Shown: positions 29,510-41,732 of the stretch, one piece after another | Layout of the letters: every line of letters begins with the position of its first letter | How positions within the stretch are numbered: position 1 is the stretch's first letter | Translations under genes and position numbers: made by a program | Source of the DNA: a virus | Reading direction: 5' to 3' (one strand) | Virus record (IMG/VR): IMGVR_UViG_3300042691_041392 | DNA: 64,000 nt | The notes under the pieces: model-generated | What the model saw: only the letters and a program-made list of their open reading frames with translations | Told to the model about the DNA's origin: nothing | The model's database searches: none

Positions 29510-31070
29510 AATAGGATTTATCATTACATACTTTCATACATCAGATGAAGGTTTGAATTTACTTATAGAGAATTTAAAAACTATTAGTAGAGAAAATTAT
29601 TACTTAGTTTTAGCAAGTCACTCACCTTTAGATAAAAACATTCAGGAAATGTGTGACTTTTATTTTTATCAACAAAAAAATATTGTTGATGATAGAAAAT
29701 ATTCACACGGTGTTGCAGAAAGTAATTTAATTGAAATTTGTTTAAAACATTTAAAAGATCAATCAATTAATTATACTTATAAGATAACTTATGATGTTGA
29801 AATAGTTGATGTTAATGAGTTTAAAAAATGGAATATAGATGGATATCAATTTGTTTCTTGTAATTGGGGAACTAATATCATTTGTACAAATTCATTCTTT
29901 ACTAATATAGATTTTTTACTTACAAATATAACATTTTTCCGAAGCATTGAAGAAATGTTTTTAGTAAACACAGTTTTAGAAAACTGTTGGGAGGCTAATT
30001 TTAGAAATAATAATGTTTTAGATAAAATATATTCGTTTAGTGATAAATATGAATTTTATGGTCAAAATAAGATAGATCTTTGTTTTTATAACTACAATAA
30101 AATAGATTTTTGGTATTCTCCTGAAGAAACAAAATTCTTTATTATGAATAATAGTGAAGATATGAACAATGTTCACTTTAGAATATTTGACTATTATACC
30201 GATATCTGTATTTATTTGAATAGAGATTTTGATTTAAAACAGAATTTAATTTTTTGGTTTATACCACCATTTAGTTTAAATATTAATAAGTCAGTAAATG
30301 GGTTTTACTTAGAAATATACTTAGAAAATCAAGTTATTAGAAAAAATATTTTAATAAAAGATTTTGACTTAAAGCATCCACTTTCTAATAAGTTTAAATT
30401 AATTAAAGATACTGAAGTTAAGTTCAATGAGTTTTCCGACTTTAATGATATGAGTATCTATGATTTATTTAGTTTTAACATTGATGAAATTAATAATTAT
30501 GTTGACATTGGTGCAAATTATGGTATGTCGAGTATATCTTTTATTGAGAGAGATATAAAAACATATATGATAGAAGCAGACCAATCAAATGTAGATATTC
30601 TAAATAGAATGTGGAGTAAGAATTCTAAAATAAGAATTATAGATAAGGCAATTTCATCAGTTGATGGTGAAATTGTATTTTATACAAGTCCAGGTATAGG
30701 TTCGGTTGTTTCTTCTTTATATCATACTGATGCTAATGGAAATGATATGGAGAGAAAAGAAGTTAGAGTTCAATCTATAACACCGAATAAACTAATTGAA
30801 GAATTTATTGATGAGAGTGAGATAGATTTGATGAAGGTTGATATTGAAGGTGCTGAGTATGATTTCTTTGAAACTATAACAAATGAAAACCTTAAAAAGA
30901 TAAAAAGAATTATAATAGAATATCACAATAATGATAATTATAGAGCTATGAGTATTTTAGAGAAACTAACATATTGTGGATTTAAATTTAAATTATCAAA
31001 ATGGAGTCATAATTGTGGTAATTATATAATAGAAAATAAAATGGGTGTTATTTACGCCGAAAAAATATAA
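29493..31070 (+). CDS. FkbM-family methyltransferase (C-terminal domain)
   Basis: 'VDIGANYG', 'MKVDIEGAEY' and 'IIEYH'. Confidence 0.85.
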   Translation: MKTDTKIGFIITYFHTSDEGLNLLIENLKTISRENYYLVLASHSPLDKNIQEMCDFYFYQQKNIVDDRKYSHGVAESNLIEICLKHLKDQSINYTYKITYDVEIVDVNEFKKWNIDGYQFVSCNWGTNIICTNSFFTNIDFLLTNITFFRSIEEMFLVNTVLENCWEANFRNNNVLDKIYSFSDKYEFYGQNKIDLCFYNYNKIDFWYSPEETKFFIMNNSEDMNNVHFRIFDYYTDICIYLNRDFDLKQNLIFWFIPPFSLNINKSVNGFYLEIYLENQVIRKNILIKDFDLKHPLSNKFKLIKDTEVKFNEFSDFNDMSIYDLFSFNIDEINNYVDIGANYGMSSISFIERDIKTYMIEADQSNVDILNRMWSKNSKIRIIDKAISSVDGEIVFYTSPGIGSVVSSLYHTDANGNDMERKEVRVQSITPNKLIEEFIDESEIDLMKVDIEGAEYDFFETITNENLKKIKRIIIEYHNNDNYRAMSILEKLTYCGFKFKLSKWSHNCGNYIIENKMGVIYAEKI

Positions 31071-31077
31071 TATATTT

Positions 31078-33396
31078 ATGAGTTTTGATGTTAAAATAAA
31101 TGGTGATTTTTTAGAAATAAAAAATAACACTGATAAATTTTTTGAAAATTGTTTAATTAATTTGAAAAATATATTTTTCGATGATTTAATTTTTGAAAAA
31201 ACTAATATCATACCAAACAAAGAAGATGTTGATAATAAAAAATCATTTTTTATTATGAATAAAGATTTCAGATCAACTTGGGGTGATAAAGAGTATTTCT
31301 TAAAAATTTATTCAAATGATAGATTAATTTATGATCAAGTTATAAATGATAGATCAAAATGTTTTGTTTTGGTTTCTAATAAAAAGTATGAAGACTTAAC
31401 TATAAAATTAATTAATCAATTAGTTAAATTAACTAATATAGATATACTTCATTATACAATTGGTTATGAAACCATGTATAATAATAATCGAATAAAAAAT
31501 ATTAAAATTGATATTAGTAGAGATCTTAACAATCCGCATTATATACAATTTACAAAACCGACAGCATTTTTAGATGCTATTTCTAGAGGATATAAGGACT
31601 ATGTATTTTTAGATTCTGATATTCAAGTAAGAGATAATATATCTGAAATTTTTGAATATGCTAAATACATAACGGATGGTCCAATTTTACAAAGAGGATG
31701 TTGGGATTATACTTTTGTTAATGGTGCCTATACACCTGGCGATTTAACAAGAAAATTATTGGGAGTTGATAAACAAACATCACCATATTGTTTAACAAAT
31801 GTTGTTATTTTTAATCAAACACATAAATCAATATTTGAAGAATGGAAGTCTGTTTGTGATTTAGAAGAAGTTGAGACTATTTGTGAGAAAGAGTTTTTAC
31901 ATGATGAAATATTATTCAATTGCATTCTATGGAAGAATAATATAATACCTAAAATGTTTTGGTTCTTTATAAATGTTTCTAATTCAAATGATGTTAAATT
32001 CTTTTTAGAATATAAATATGATGGGTATGAGTTACCAGTTGATATGAATAAACACGGTAAAGGATATCCATTTCAATCTAGATTTCCATATGATAAAAAT
32101 AATATCTTCGGGTTTCATTGTGTGAAGGATTTAAATGAAGTTGATAAAATTCATAATTTAATTAGTAATAGTAATTCAAATTTTGAGGAAAAACTTTTAA
32201 ATTTCTATGATAATATAGAAAAATCTGATATCAATATCAATCCAAAATATGAGGATGTTAGTATTTTAAATCATTATATTGGAGGTGCTTATATTGAAGT
32301 TAAGTCAAAATTGAATAAACAATTTAAAGTTGAATTCTGGAATTCAAAGGGGTTTTGTGAATATTCAACAACCATTGGTAGTAATATGTGGACAAAAACA
32401 AATAAGAAGTATTTTGAAGAGTACACATGTAAAGTCTGGGATGGTGAAGAATTAATCTATGATAAAAAGTATGATGCTACGGGTAAGAGAGTTTTTATAA
32501 CATTAGAATCGAGATCAATTGGCGATACATTGGCTTGGTTTCCATATGTTGATGAATTTAGAAAAAAATGGAATTGTGAGGTTATATGTTCAACTTTCTG
32601 GAATCACCTATTTAAGGAAACTTATCCAGAAATTGAATTTGTTGAACCGGGATCAGTGGTGAATCACATCTATGCTATGTATAATATTGGTTGGTTTTAT
32701 AATGAGGATAATACTGTACAGTTTGATAAAAATCCAACAGATTTTAAAGAAATTCCACTTGGAAAAACATCAGCTGATATACTAGGTTTGGATTTTGAAT
32801 ATGTCAGAGCTAAAATTAACTTACCAAAAGTAGAAAAAAAGAAAAGAGTTGGTATAGCAATTCACTCAACTGCACAAACTAAATACTGGAATAATCCAAC
32901 TGGATGGCAGGAAGTTGTTTATTTTTTGAAGGCTAGTGGATATGAAGTTATGATTCTTTCTAAAGAAGGTGATAATTATATGGGTAATAAACATCCAGAA
33001 GGATGTGTGAAATTACCAGAGGGATCAATGGAGAAACTAATGGAAACAATGTTATCTTGTGAGTTTTTTATAGGAGTTGGTTCTGGTTTGAGTTGGGTAT
33101 CTTGGACAATAGGAGTCCCAACATTCTTGATATCAGGATTTAGTAAACCAATCTCTGAATTTGAAGGTGAGAATGTATTTAGAATTTTCAATGATTCAGT
33201 TTGTAATGGTTGTTACAATAGATATAGATTAGATGCTGGTGATTGGAATTGGTGTCCGGATCATAAAGGTACTGAAAGACAGTTTGAATGTACTAAGTCA
33301 ATTACTGGTAAAATGGTTATTGACACAATAATGAATTCTGGTTTAATAAGAGTGCCAAACTTGGATGAAGATGTTTTACCACAATTTAATTTTTAA
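31078..33396 (+). CDS. GT-A domain fused to autotransporter-heptosyltransferase (AAH/TibC, GT9-like) domain
   Basis: 'VFLDSD'; 'SIGDTLAWFPY', 'FFIGVGSGLSW', 'ISGFS' and Cys cluster 'CNGCYN...WCP...ECTKSIT'. Confidence 0.82.
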   Translation: MSFDVKINGDFLEIKNNTDKFFENCLINLKNIFFDDLIFEKTNIIPNKEDVDNKKSFFIMNKDFRSTWGDKEYFLKIYSNDRLIYDQVINDRSKCFVLVSNKKYEDLTIKLINQLVKLTNIDILHYTIGYETMYNNNRIKNIKIDISRDLNNPHYIQFTKPTAFLDAISRGYKDYVFLDSDIQVRDNISEIFEYAKYITDGPILQRGCWDYTFVNGAYTPGDLTRKLLGVDKQTSPYCLTNVVIFNQTHKSIFEEWKSVCDLEEVETICEKEFLHDEILFNCILWKNNIIPKMFWFFINVSNSNDVKFFLEYKYDGYELPVDMNKHGKGYPFQSRFPYDKNNIFGFHCVKDLNEVDKIHNLISNSNSNFEEKLLNFYDNIEKSDININPKYEDVSILNHYIGGAYIEVKSKLNKQFKVEFWNSKGFCEYSTTIGSNMWTKTNKKYFEEYTCKVWDGEELIYDKKYDATGKRVFITLESRSIGDTLAWFPYVDEFRKKWNCEVICSTFWNHLFKETYPEIEFVEPGSVVNHIYAMYNIGWFYNEDNTVQFDKNPTDFKEIPLGKTSADILGLDFEYVRAKINLPKVEKKKRVGIAIHSTAQTKYWNNPTGWQEVVYFLKASGYEVMILSKEGDNYMGNKHPEGCVKLPEGSMEKLMETMLSCEFFIGVGSGLSWVSWTIGVPTFLISGFSKPISEFEGENVFRIFNDSVCNGCYNRYRLDAGDWNWCPDHKGTERQFECTKSITGKMVIDTIMNSGLIRVPNLDEDVLPQFNF

Positions 33397-33397
33397 A

Positions 33398-33426
33398 TAA
33401 AAAAGAGACCTTTATGGTCTCTTTTT
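33398..33426. terminator. Bidirectional terminator
   Basis: aaaagagacc-tttat-ggtctctttt. Confidence 0.75.
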
Positions 33427-34098
33427 GTTTACTTTTACTTTTACACCAGTTTCTTTTTTAATTGGTCGTATTTTTTTATTTTCATTTAGATTAACTGTTA
33501 CCTTTTTAGATACTTTAACAATAAATTCATCTTTCCAAGGTGTGAATAAGTTACCATCAGCATTTACTTCTAGTTTTATATTACCTCTTTGTCCTTCATT
33601 AAAAAGGCTTAATTTCTTAATAGGAATGATACATTTACCGTTTTTAACCTCACCTTTAAACATAAGATTCCAATCAGCTGATTCAATTACTAATCTAACT
33701 TCTGTATCTTTTTGACTTACACCTTCAATTGCTATATCACAAATAAATTCTTCAGATTTATCTTTGTATAACACATATGAATCTTCATCATTATAACTTT
33801 CGTTATTTTCTTCCAAATCTTCCTCTTCTGAAGAATTATCAAATGAATAATCATCTTGTTCTTGTTCTTCCTCACTATTGTAGTTATTATAAGGATTTAA
33901 GCTTTGATCAATTTCATCTTCATCATCGGCGGCGTCGTTGATATTTGTAAATATTTCTTTATCTTCATCAACCTCATCATCTTCATATCTATCTGAAAAC
34001 AAACCTTCTTTTAATAGATTTGACTTCATCTTTTTAAGATCTTCCATTTTATTACCACCTAGAAAATCTTCAAATCTAAAAACATCATTATCTTCCAT
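33412..34098 (-). CDS. Hypothetical late protein with acidic N-half and beta-rich C-half
   Basis: 228 aa, 'VFRFEDFL' N-terminus, late motif upstream. Confidence 0.7.
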   Translation of the reverse strand: MEDNDVFRFEDFLGGNKMEDLKKMKSNLLKEGLFSDRYEDDEVDEDKEIFTNINDAADDEDEIDQSLNPYNNYNSEEEQEQDDYSFDNSSEEEDLEENNESYNDEDSYVLYKDKSEEFICDIAIEGVSQKDTEVRLVIESADWNLMFKGEVKNGKCIIPIKKLSLFNEGQRGNIKLEVNADGNLFTPWKDEFIVKVSKKVTVNLNENKKIRPIKKETGVKVKVNKKRP

Positions 34099-34108
34099 AA
34101 TTTATATA

Positions 34109-34519
34109 TTATTTTTGAAAATCAACTTTTATATTAATTGAATCGTTTAAAAAACGATCAAACTCGTTTATTGTTACTTTTATATCTTCTCTCGGATTTT
34201 TTATTTTTTCATATTCAATACCTCTAACTCTACAATATAATTTTATTATTTTATCGGTATTTTCTCTACCTAAATCCTTATTTAGTTGCCTCCATGGATT
34301 ATTTTTTTCATATTCTCCTTTATGTGGATATCCACTTCCACCACCACTCACTCGGCGTGATACCACTTCTAATAAAATAAAAACTTCATCCCAAGTTAAT
34401 TCAACATTTTCCCATTTTAAATTTACCTCTTCCCATTTTAAATACTTTTTACCAACTGAATATTCCAAATCACTCCAGTTTACATCTTGGTTTAATAAAG
34501 GTGAGTAAATTAAAGGCAT
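34109..34519 (-). CDS. Hypothetical late protein
   Basis: 136 aa with Trp heptad 'KWEEVNLKWENVELTWDE'. Confidence 0.7.
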   Translation of the reverse strand: MPLIYSPLLNQDVNWSDLEYSVGKKYLKWEEVNLKWENVELTWDEVFILLEVVSRRVSGGGSGYPHKGEYEKNNPWRQLNKDLGRENTDKIIKLYCRVRGIEYEKIKNPREDIKVTINEFDRFLNDSINIKVDFQK

Positions 34520-34588
34520 ATAAAATTTTATTTCTGTTATATATTAAATAATTCATGTTTGGACACATGTTACTTAATATATACTACT

Positions 34589-37500
34589 ATGAGTTATGAT
34601 TTTACTGGTGCAACCGTCTCCGGAACATATGGTAGATTGGTTCAAGTAGTACATGGTACACCGGATTTATATTATGATGGTTTTGGAAATCTTTTAGATT
34701 TAGGAAGTGGTACATCTTCTGTTGGTCCACAAGGTCCGACAGGACCACAAGGAACATCTATGTTATTCCAAGGAGAATGGGATTCGATGATGATGTATTT
34801 CTACTATGATTTTGTTACATATAATGGAAATGCTTACTTATGTATTTCTGATTTAACTGGTTCAGCTCCTTGGTCATCACCTGATATAGATACATCTCAT
34901 TGGCAACAAATGTTAATTGGTTTATCAGGAACTTCCGGAACATCAGGGATAAATGGAACATCAGGTACAAATGGAACTTCAGGTACAAATGGAACTTCAG
35001 GGACTTCTGGATCTAATGGCACTTCAGGAACATCAGGTACAAGTGTTTCTACTAATTATGCTTATATAACATCAACCTACTCGGTATCCAATACAGATCA
35101 CTATATTGAGGCTAATGGAACTTTTGATATTACTTTACCGACAGCAATAGGTTTTTCAGGGAAAGGATTCATTATAAAAAATACCGGAACTGGTATAATA
35201 ACAATAAAAACAACTTCTTCTCAGCTAATTGATAATCTATCGTCATATAATTTAGCATTCTATGATACTCTTACTGTTGAAAGTAATGGATTAAATTGGT
35301 TAGTTAATCACCCACAAACTAAACAATTTATCCGAGTTTATAATAATACTGGTTCAATTATACCTAAGGGATCTGCTCTTAAAATACAGTCATCATATAG
35401 TGGTATTCCCAGTGTCTCTTTGTCAATTGCTAATGGTGTTGGAAATCAACAAGTAATTGGTCTGGCTTATATTGATATTCCAATTGCGTCTGAGGGTATT
35501 GCCATATCATCTGGTATCTTATCGGGACTTGATTTATCAGCTTATTCGATTGGTGATATTCTTTATTTATCTGATACAACACCAGGTAGTTTTATAAACT
35601 CATCAAGTACATTAGATTTTTCATCAAGAACTAACCAAATTGGTTATATTACAAATAATAGTTCAACAATTGGAACTCTACAAGTTGAAATTAATAATGA
35701 GGATATCAATTTATCTCTTACTGATATACAGAGAAATATATTAGAAGGTAATGTCATATCAACAGGTGTTTATAATTATTCGGGACTTGTTAAAACTAGT
35801 AGTACAACATTTACAGTGGGTAGTGCTTCTGGTTGGATTATAACTAATACAGGTACATATTCTATTAAACCAACAGTTTTACAAATTACTTATGGTGGAA
35901 CTACAAGTATAACAACACCTTACTTAAACACATTTGATAGTACTTATGTTTTATTAACAGCTAGTTCTTCATTACATTTACAAGGTACATTTCCAACAGC
36001 ACAAGAAAGAAGACAAAATATCTTCTTAGGTAAAGTTGTACACCCTGATAGACAAACCATTTTAAATGTAAATAATACTGTTGATTATGATGTATCACCA
36101 ATGTCCGCATTGAGAGATTTATGGTCACCAATCAAATTAATAAATCAAGGAATTATACCATCCGCTCATAGTACAACTTTAGAGTTTAATACATCAACTG
36201 GTATTCTTTGGGGTAATGGTATAAATTGGACTAATAATGAATTAAATCCAAATAGTATTAATATTAGTGGTCAATCTCCGGTAACTTTTCAATATAGAAC
36301 TCAAATAGGTGGTACATTTTCTAATACAACATTTATAGATCCTACTCATTATGATAATGGTGGTGTTATTAGTGTAGTAGGTGGTGGTAATGGTTCGTCA
36401 ACAAATCAAAGAATATATTTATTCCCAACTGGATTGGTAAGAGTTCAATATGGTCAAACAGTATATGGATCTTTATCTGAAGCGATTTCAGCAGCACAAG
36501 AAGAATTATATGTTGAGTATCCAAATAATAGAGATAATGGTATTCTTATAGGTATTTTATCTGTTAATAAAAATGCTTCAAACTTATCAGATCCCACACA
36601 GGCAAGATTTAATTTTGTTTCTAAGTTTGGTGAGATCTTAGGTGGATCTGGTGGTATATCAACAACTACATTACAACAAGCTTATGATAACTCATCTACA
36701 CCAGAAATAGTAACTAACTCTACTTTAGGAGCTGTTACAATCAAAAGAGGAAGTTCATTAGAAACCGATAATGTATTTGAAGTTCAAAGTGGTGTTGATG
36801 GTGTTACATTTAGTGTAACTGGTCAAGGTAGAACAAATACACATAACTTAACGATAACAGGAATTGGATCAACATCAAGTTTAACTAAATATATGGTTGT
36901 TGATGATAGTGGAAATACATATTATCAAACAACTAATCCAGGTGGTGGTAGTGGTACTTCAGGAACTTCGGGGGTGGGTACTTCAGGAACATCCGGTACA
37001 TCAGGTTTGAATGGAACAAGTGGTGTAAATGGTGTTGGTGGTGCACTAGGTTATTATGGTAACTTTCTTGATCTTACGACTCAGCCATTTATTACTCCTG
37101 GTGTTGCTCAAATAGTGGGTATTAACACTAATTCAGGATCAGTTGGATTTTCCTTATCAGGTACAGGTAGTGTGGTGATTGAAAATCCAGGAACATACAC
37201 TATGATATATTCTATCCAACTACAAAATACAGATGCTGATATCCACTATGCTGATATATGGTTAAAATATAATGGATTAGATTATCCAGATAGCACAACT
37301 AGATTTTATATACCGGCTAGAAAAAATTCAAATGAGTATGGTTATACAGTAGCAACTGTAAATTATGTTGGAACTTCAATAAACCCAAATGATACTGTCG
37401 AATTGTGGTGGCATTCTGATAGTAGTTTAGTATCAATTCAATATTTACCATCAAGTATATCACCTATAATTCCTGCTATACCTAGTGTGATTTCTACATT

Positions 37501-38140
37501 TACTCAGGTTATGTACACACAGATAGGACCAACTGGATCTAATGGAACATCTGGTACGAGTGGGAGTCAAGGCACTTCTGGAACTTCTGGAATAAATGGA
37601 AATGATGGAACATCTGGTACTTCCGGAATTTCTGGATTAAATGGAAATGATGGAACATCTGGTACAAGTGGGAGTCAAGGTACTTCCGGAACTTCTGGTG
37701 TTAATGGTGTTGATGGTACTTCCGGAATTTCTGGATTAAATGGAAATGATGGAACATCTGGTACGAGTGGAAATCAAGGAACATCCGGAACAAGCGGTTC
37801 ATCAGGAACTTCTGGTTCATCAGGTACATCCGGATCATTCGGAACTTCTGGTTCATCAGGTACATCCGGATCATTCGGAACTTCTGGTTCATCAGGTACA
37901 TCCGGATCATCAGGAACTTCTGGTTTATTACTATTGAGTGGTTCAACTGACAATGGACTAATAACTTTAAATGGAACTATACCAAATGGCACGGTTGAAA
38001 ATAATCTAACATTTGATGGTACAAATTTAAATGTAACTGGTAATACTGAAATAAGCGGAACATTTAGTAGTAATTCAAATTCAATTTTAACTCAAAATTT
38101 AATACAAGCTGGACTATTATATCTATCAAATAATTTATAA
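34589..38140 (+). CDS. Collagen-like (Gly-Thr-Ser) virion fibre protein 1 (likely start MSYDF)
   Basis: GPQ and GTS triplet tracts separated by beta-rich globular domains, including a BclA-C-like segment. Confidence 0.8.
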   Translation: MSYDFTGATVSGTYGRLVQVVHGTPDLYYDGFGNLLDLGSGTSSVGPQGPTGPQGTSMLFQGEWDSMMMYFYYDFVTYNGNAYLCISDLTGSAPWSSPDIDTSHWQQMLIGLSGTSGTSGINGTSGTNGTSGTNGTSGTSGSNGTSGTSGTSVSTNYAYITSTYSVSNTDHYIEANGTFDITLPTAIGFSGKGFIIKNTGTGIITIKTTSSQLIDNLSSYNLAFYDTLTVESNGLNWLVNHPQTKQFIRVYNNTGSIIPKGSALKIQSSYSGIPSVSLSIANGVGNQQVIGLAYIDIPIASEGIAISSGILSGLDLSAYSIGDILYLSDTTPGSFINSSSTLDFSSRTNQIGYITNNSSTIGTLQVEINNEDINLSLTDIQRNILEGNVISTGVYNYSGLVKTSSTTFTVGSASGWIITNTGTYSIKPTVLQITYGGTTSITTPYLNTFDSTYVLLTASSSLHLQGTFPTAQERRQNIFLGKVVHPDRQTILNVNNTVDYDVSPMSALRDLWSPIKLINQGIIPSAHSTTLEFNTSTGILWGNGINWTNNELNPNSINISGQSPVTFQYRTQIGGTFSNTTFIDPTHYDNGGVISVVGGGNGSSTNQRIYLFPTGLVRVQYGQTVYGSLSEAISAAQEELYVEYPNNRDNGILIGILSVNKNASNLSDPTQARFNFVSKFGEILGGSGGISTTTLQQAYDNSSTPEIVTNSTLGAVTIKRGSSLETDNVFEVQSGVDGVTFSVTGQGRTNTHNLTITGIGSTSSLTKYMVVDDSGNTYYQTTNPGGGSGTSGTSGVGTSGTSGTSGLNGTSGVNGVGGALGYYGNFLDLTTQPFITPGVAQIVGINTNSGSVGFSLSGTGSVVIENPGTYTMIYSIQLQNTDADIHYADIWLKYNGLDYPDSTTRFYIPARKNSNEYGYTVATVNYVGTSINPNDTVELWWHSDSSLVSIQYLPSSISPIIPAIPSVISTFTQVMYTQIGPTGSNGTSGTSGSQGTSGTSGINGNDGTSGTSGISGLNGNDGTSGTSGSQGTSGTSGVNGVDGTSGISGLNGNDGTSGTSGNQGTSGTSGSSGTSGSSGTSGSFGTSGSSGTSGSFGTSGSSGTSGSSGTSGLLLLSGSTDNGLITLNGTIPNGTVENNLTFDGTNLNVTGNTEISGTFSSNSNSILTQNLIQAGLLYLSNNL

Positions 38141-38183
38141 GAATAATATAAAAATTAATATATAAGAAAAATATATTATAGTT

Positions 38184-41100
38184 TTGGCAAGAAATCCTAG
38201 ATATCAAATACATAATTTAGATACAGATGGTTATGGTAAGTTGGTTCAAATTATTGATGGTATTCTTTATGATGGTTTTGGAAATCAATTAATTTTTCAA
38301 GGTGGTGGTGGAACAGGAACCTCAGGGACATCAGGTGTTAATGGTAATAATGGTTTAAATGGATCTTCTGGTTATGGAGTACCATCTGGTGGTTCTACCG
38401 GTCAAGTTCTTGTTAAAGTTGATTCAACAAACTATAATACACAATGGGTAACATTTTCTGGTGGTGGTAGCACATCCGGATCATCGGGAACAAGTGGTCC
38501 ATCTGGAGCTAGTGGTGCTAATGGATCTAATGGTACATCAGGAACCCGTGGATCTTCAGGAACTTCCGGTCCAGCAGGAGAAAATGGAACAAGCGGAACT
38601 TCTGGTATTGGATCTAATGGTACATCAGGAACATCGGCGATTGGTACATCTGGAACAAGTGGTGAAAAAGGAACTTCAGGAACAAGTGGTGAAAAGGGAA
38701 CATCCGGAACTAGCGGTGGTGGTTCTGCTGGAACGAGTGGAACATCTGGTATTGGATCTAATGGTACATCAGGAACATCAGCGATTGGTACATCAGGCAC
38801 GAGTGGTTTAAATGGATCTTCAGGAACAAGTGGCGAGAATGGAACATCAGGCACGAGTGGTACATCTGGTATTGGATCTAATGGTACATCAGGAACATCG
38901 GCGATTGGTACATCAGGAACAAGTGGTGAGAACGGAACTTCCGGAATAAATGGATCTAACGGGACAGCTGGAACTTCTGGAATAAATGGCGTTAATGGTA
39001 CATCTGGAACTTCCGGTGTAAATGGTTCATCAGGAACTTCCGGAATAAATGGCGTTAATGGTACATCTGGGACTTCCGGTGTAAATGGTTCATCAGGAAC
39101 TTCTGGATCTTCTGGAACTTCCGGAATAAATGGATCTAACGGGACATCTGGAACTTCCGGAATAAATGGCGTTAATGGTTCATCAGGAACTTCGGGTTTT
39201 AATGGCTCATCAGGGACATCAGGAACAAGTGGAGAAAATGGAACTTCGGGTTCATCAGGAACTTCGGGTTTTAATGGCTCATCAGGTACATCAGGTAGTC
39301 AAGGTACATCAGGTAGCGCAGGAACTTCTGGAATAAATGGTGGTGACGGATCTTCTGGAACATCCGGATCTTCTGGAACTAGTGGAATTACAGGAACAAG
39401 CGGTAGTGCAGGAACTTCCGGAACAAGTGCAACTAGTGGAAGCTCAGGAACATCAGGTAGTCAAGGAACAAGTGGAACATCTGGTATCGGATCTAATGGT
39501 ACATCCGGCACAAGTGGAACATCAATGAGTGTATCCGGATCTAATAATGAACTTTTGACATCAGATGGTTCTGGTGGTATTGTTTCAGAATCTTTGATAA
39601 CTTTTGATGGTGCTAAATTAAGTTTATTATATCAATCTGGTGATGAAGGAGGTGAAATATTATTAAATAAATCAGTTACTAATAATACACTTGATGGTGT
39701 GGGTATAACAATAGACTCTTATCGAAATAAAATAAGGTTTTTTGAACAAGGTGGTTCAGCAAGAGGAGCATATATTGATTTGACGGAGTGTTCTGCTGGT
39801 GTTGGAACAAATCTACTTAGTGGAGTTGGTGGATCCGGTACAAGTGGAACATCAGGTGTTAATGGTTCATCTGGAACTTCCGGTGTTAATGGCGCTAATG
39901 GTTCATCAGGAACTTCCGGCGTAAGTGGTGCTAACGGCTCATCTGGAACTTCCGGTGTAAGTGGTGCTAATGGTAATGATGGATCTTCTGGAACTTCCGG
40001 TGTTAATGGTGTTAACGGTTCATCTGGAACTTCCGGTGTAAGTGGTGCTAACGGCTCATCCGGAACTTCCGGTGTAAGTGGTGCTAACGGCTCATCTGGA
40101 ACTTCTGGTGTAAGTGGTGCTAACGGATCTTCTGGAACTTCCGGTGTAAATGGTGCTAACGGAAATGATGGATCTTCTGGGACTTCTGGTGTAAGTGGTG
40201 CTAACGGATCTTCTGGAACTTCAGGTGTTAATGGCTCATCAGGAACAAGTGGTGTATCTGGTTCAAATGGTATAGATTCTGCAAGTTTTGAATATTATTA
40301 TAGTACATCCACAACAGGATCAGATCCTGGTTCAGGCTATTTTAGGTTAAATAACCTAACTATGGGTAGCGCTACTCTACTATATATAGACCAGTTTGAT
40401 AAAGGAGGTAATAACAATTTACAAGGTTTCTTAAATTCTTTATCTAACTATGGATCTACATCTAGAAGAGGTTTTATTAAGATAACAAAACAAAATGACT
40501 TAACTTGGTTTCAAACATATGAATTTAGCACTACACAAGATAATACAGGGTGGTGGACAATAACACTGTCTAATGTTATATCAGATGCAAACTTTACAAA
40601 TAATGACTTATGCTTTGTAAGTTTCAATGTTTCTGGTCCAAATGGATCGAGTGGAACTTCAGGTATAAATGGTGCTAACGGATCTTCCGGAACTTCTGGT
40701 GTAAATGGTGCTAACGGATCTTCCGGAACTTCCGGTGTAAATGGTGCTAACGGATCTTCCGGAACTTCTGGTGTTAATGGTGCTAACGGATCTTCTGGAA
40801 CATCCGGTGTTAATGGTGGTAATGGTTCATCTGGAACATCCGGTGTTAATGGTGTTAATGGTGCTAACGGCTCATCTGGAACTTCAGGTGTAAGTGGTGC
40901 TAACGGTAACGATGGATCTTCTGGAACTTTTGGTTCATCTGGAACTTCCGGTGTAAGTGGTGCTAACGGTAATGATGGTTCATCTGGAACTTCCGGTGTT
41001 AATGGAACATCCGGAACAACAGGAACTTCTGGTTTACTAACATTAACTGGAACAACAGATAATGGAGTAATAACTCTAAATGGATCTCAGCCAAATGGAA

Positions 41101-41252
41101 ATGTTGAAACAAATTTAACATTTGATGGTAGTCAATTAAATGTAACAGGATCTACTAGAATAAGTGGAACATTCTCAGGAACAACTTCTAATTATGTCAC
41201 TGCTGATTTTATAACACAAACAGTTTTACTTTATCTTTCAAATAATACTTAA
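38184..41252 (+). CDS. Collagen-like (Gly-Thr-Ser) virion fibre protein 2 (TTG start)
   Basis: Very long G-X-Y tracts. Shares the N-terminal 'YG.LVQ...YDGFGN' and C-terminal 'TDNG.ITLNG...LLYLSNN' with fibre 1. Confidence 0.8.
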   Translation: MARNPRYQIHNLDTDGYGKLVQIIDGILYDGFGNQLIFQGGGGTGTSGTSGVNGNNGLNGSSGYGVPSGGSTGQVLVKVDSTNYNTQWVTFSGGGSTSGSSGTSGPSGASGANGSNGTSGTRGSSGTSGPAGENGTSGTSGIGSNGTSGTSAIGTSGTSGEKGTSGTSGEKGTSGTSGGGSAGTSGTSGIGSNGTSGTSAIGTSGTSGLNGSSGTSGENGTSGTSGTSGIGSNGTSGTSAIGTSGTSGENGTSGINGSNGTAGTSGINGVNGTSGTSGVNGSSGTSGINGVNGTSGTSGVNGSSGTSGSSGTSGINGSNGTSGTSGINGVNGSSGTSGFNGSSGTSGTSGENGTSGSSGTSGFNGSSGTSGSQGTSGSAGTSGINGGDGSSGTSGSSGTSGITGTSGSAGTSGTSATSGSSGTSGSQGTSGTSGIGSNGTSGTSGTSMSVSGSNNELLTSDGSGGIVSESLITFDGAKLSLLYQSGDEGGEILLNKSVTNNTLDGVGITIDSYRNKIRFFEQGGSARGAYIDLTECSAGVGTNLLSGVGGSGTSGTSGVNGSSGTSGVNGANGSSGTSGVSGANGSSGTSGVSGANGNDGSSGTSGVNGVNGSSGTSGVSGANGSSGTSGVSGANGSSGTSGVSGANGSSGTSGVNGANGNDGSSGTSGVSGANGSSGTSGVNGSSGTSGVSGSNGIDSASFEYYYSTSTTGSDPGSGYFRLNNLTMGSATLLYIDQFDKGGNNNLQGFLNSLSNYGSTSRRGFIKITKQNDLTWFQTYEFSTTQDNTGWWTITLSNVISDANFTNNDLCFVSFNVSGPNGSSGTSGINGANGSSGTSGVNGANGSSGTSGVNGANGSSGTSGVNGANGSSGTSGVNGGNGSSGTSGVNGVNGANGSSGTSGVSGANGNDGSSGTFGSSGTSGVSGANGNDGSSGTSGVNGTSGTTGTSGLLTLTGTTDNGVITLNGSQPNGNVETNLTFDGSQLNVTGSTRISGTFSGTTSNYVTADFITQTVLLYLSNNT
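38310..41033 (+). repeat. In-frame 9-nt-period repeats encoding GTS/GSS/GVN triplets
   Basis: ggaacttcc/ggaacatct/ggtacatca-type degenerate tandem repeats. Confidence 0.85.
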
Positions 41253-41297
41253 TAGAGAAGAGTATTTAAAATATATACTCTAAAAAAGTATATAAAA

Positions 41298-41732
41298 ATG
41301 GCAAATACTTTAACATTTACAAGTACACCTTTTCTACAAGGATTTATAGCATCAACTGCTAGTAACTCATCAAATAACACTAAATATGATGTTTTAGATT
41401 CGGATGCTAATGATAGAAGAATATATGGAATGGCTATAACATCAACTGATGCAGGTGCACAAACCGTTAAAATTCACTTGAATAATGGATCGACATCATA
41501 TCAAGCTTTTACATTAAACGTTCCTTTGAATTCTGGTAACTCTACTTCTGTCGCATCAGTTGATATTATGGGTAGTGTATATGGAGCTTCAATTTTTCAA
41601 AAACAAAGAGATGCTAATGGCGTTCCATATTTTAATCTACCAGCTAACTGGAAAGTTCAAATGGAATACAACACGACATTGGCGAGTGCTGAGGTTTTAA
41701 ATGTTTTTGTTTTTGGTGAAAGTTACGCATAA
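41298..41732 (+). CDS. Virion-associated beta-domain protein, paralog 1
   Basis: 'RRIYG...NSGN...YFNLPANW...FGE' domain. Confidence 0.7.
   Translation: MANTLTFTSTPFLQGFIASTASNSSNNTKYDVLDSDANDRRIYGMAITSTDAGAQTVKIHLNNGSTSYQAFTLNVPLNSGNSTSVASVDIMGSVYGASIFQKQRDANGVPYFNLPANWKVQMEYNTTLASAEVLNVFVFGESYA

Noticed and set aside
37701-39528. Short alternative-frame and antisense ORFs in the fibre genes
   Set aside because: By-products of the stop-poor 9-nt repeats.
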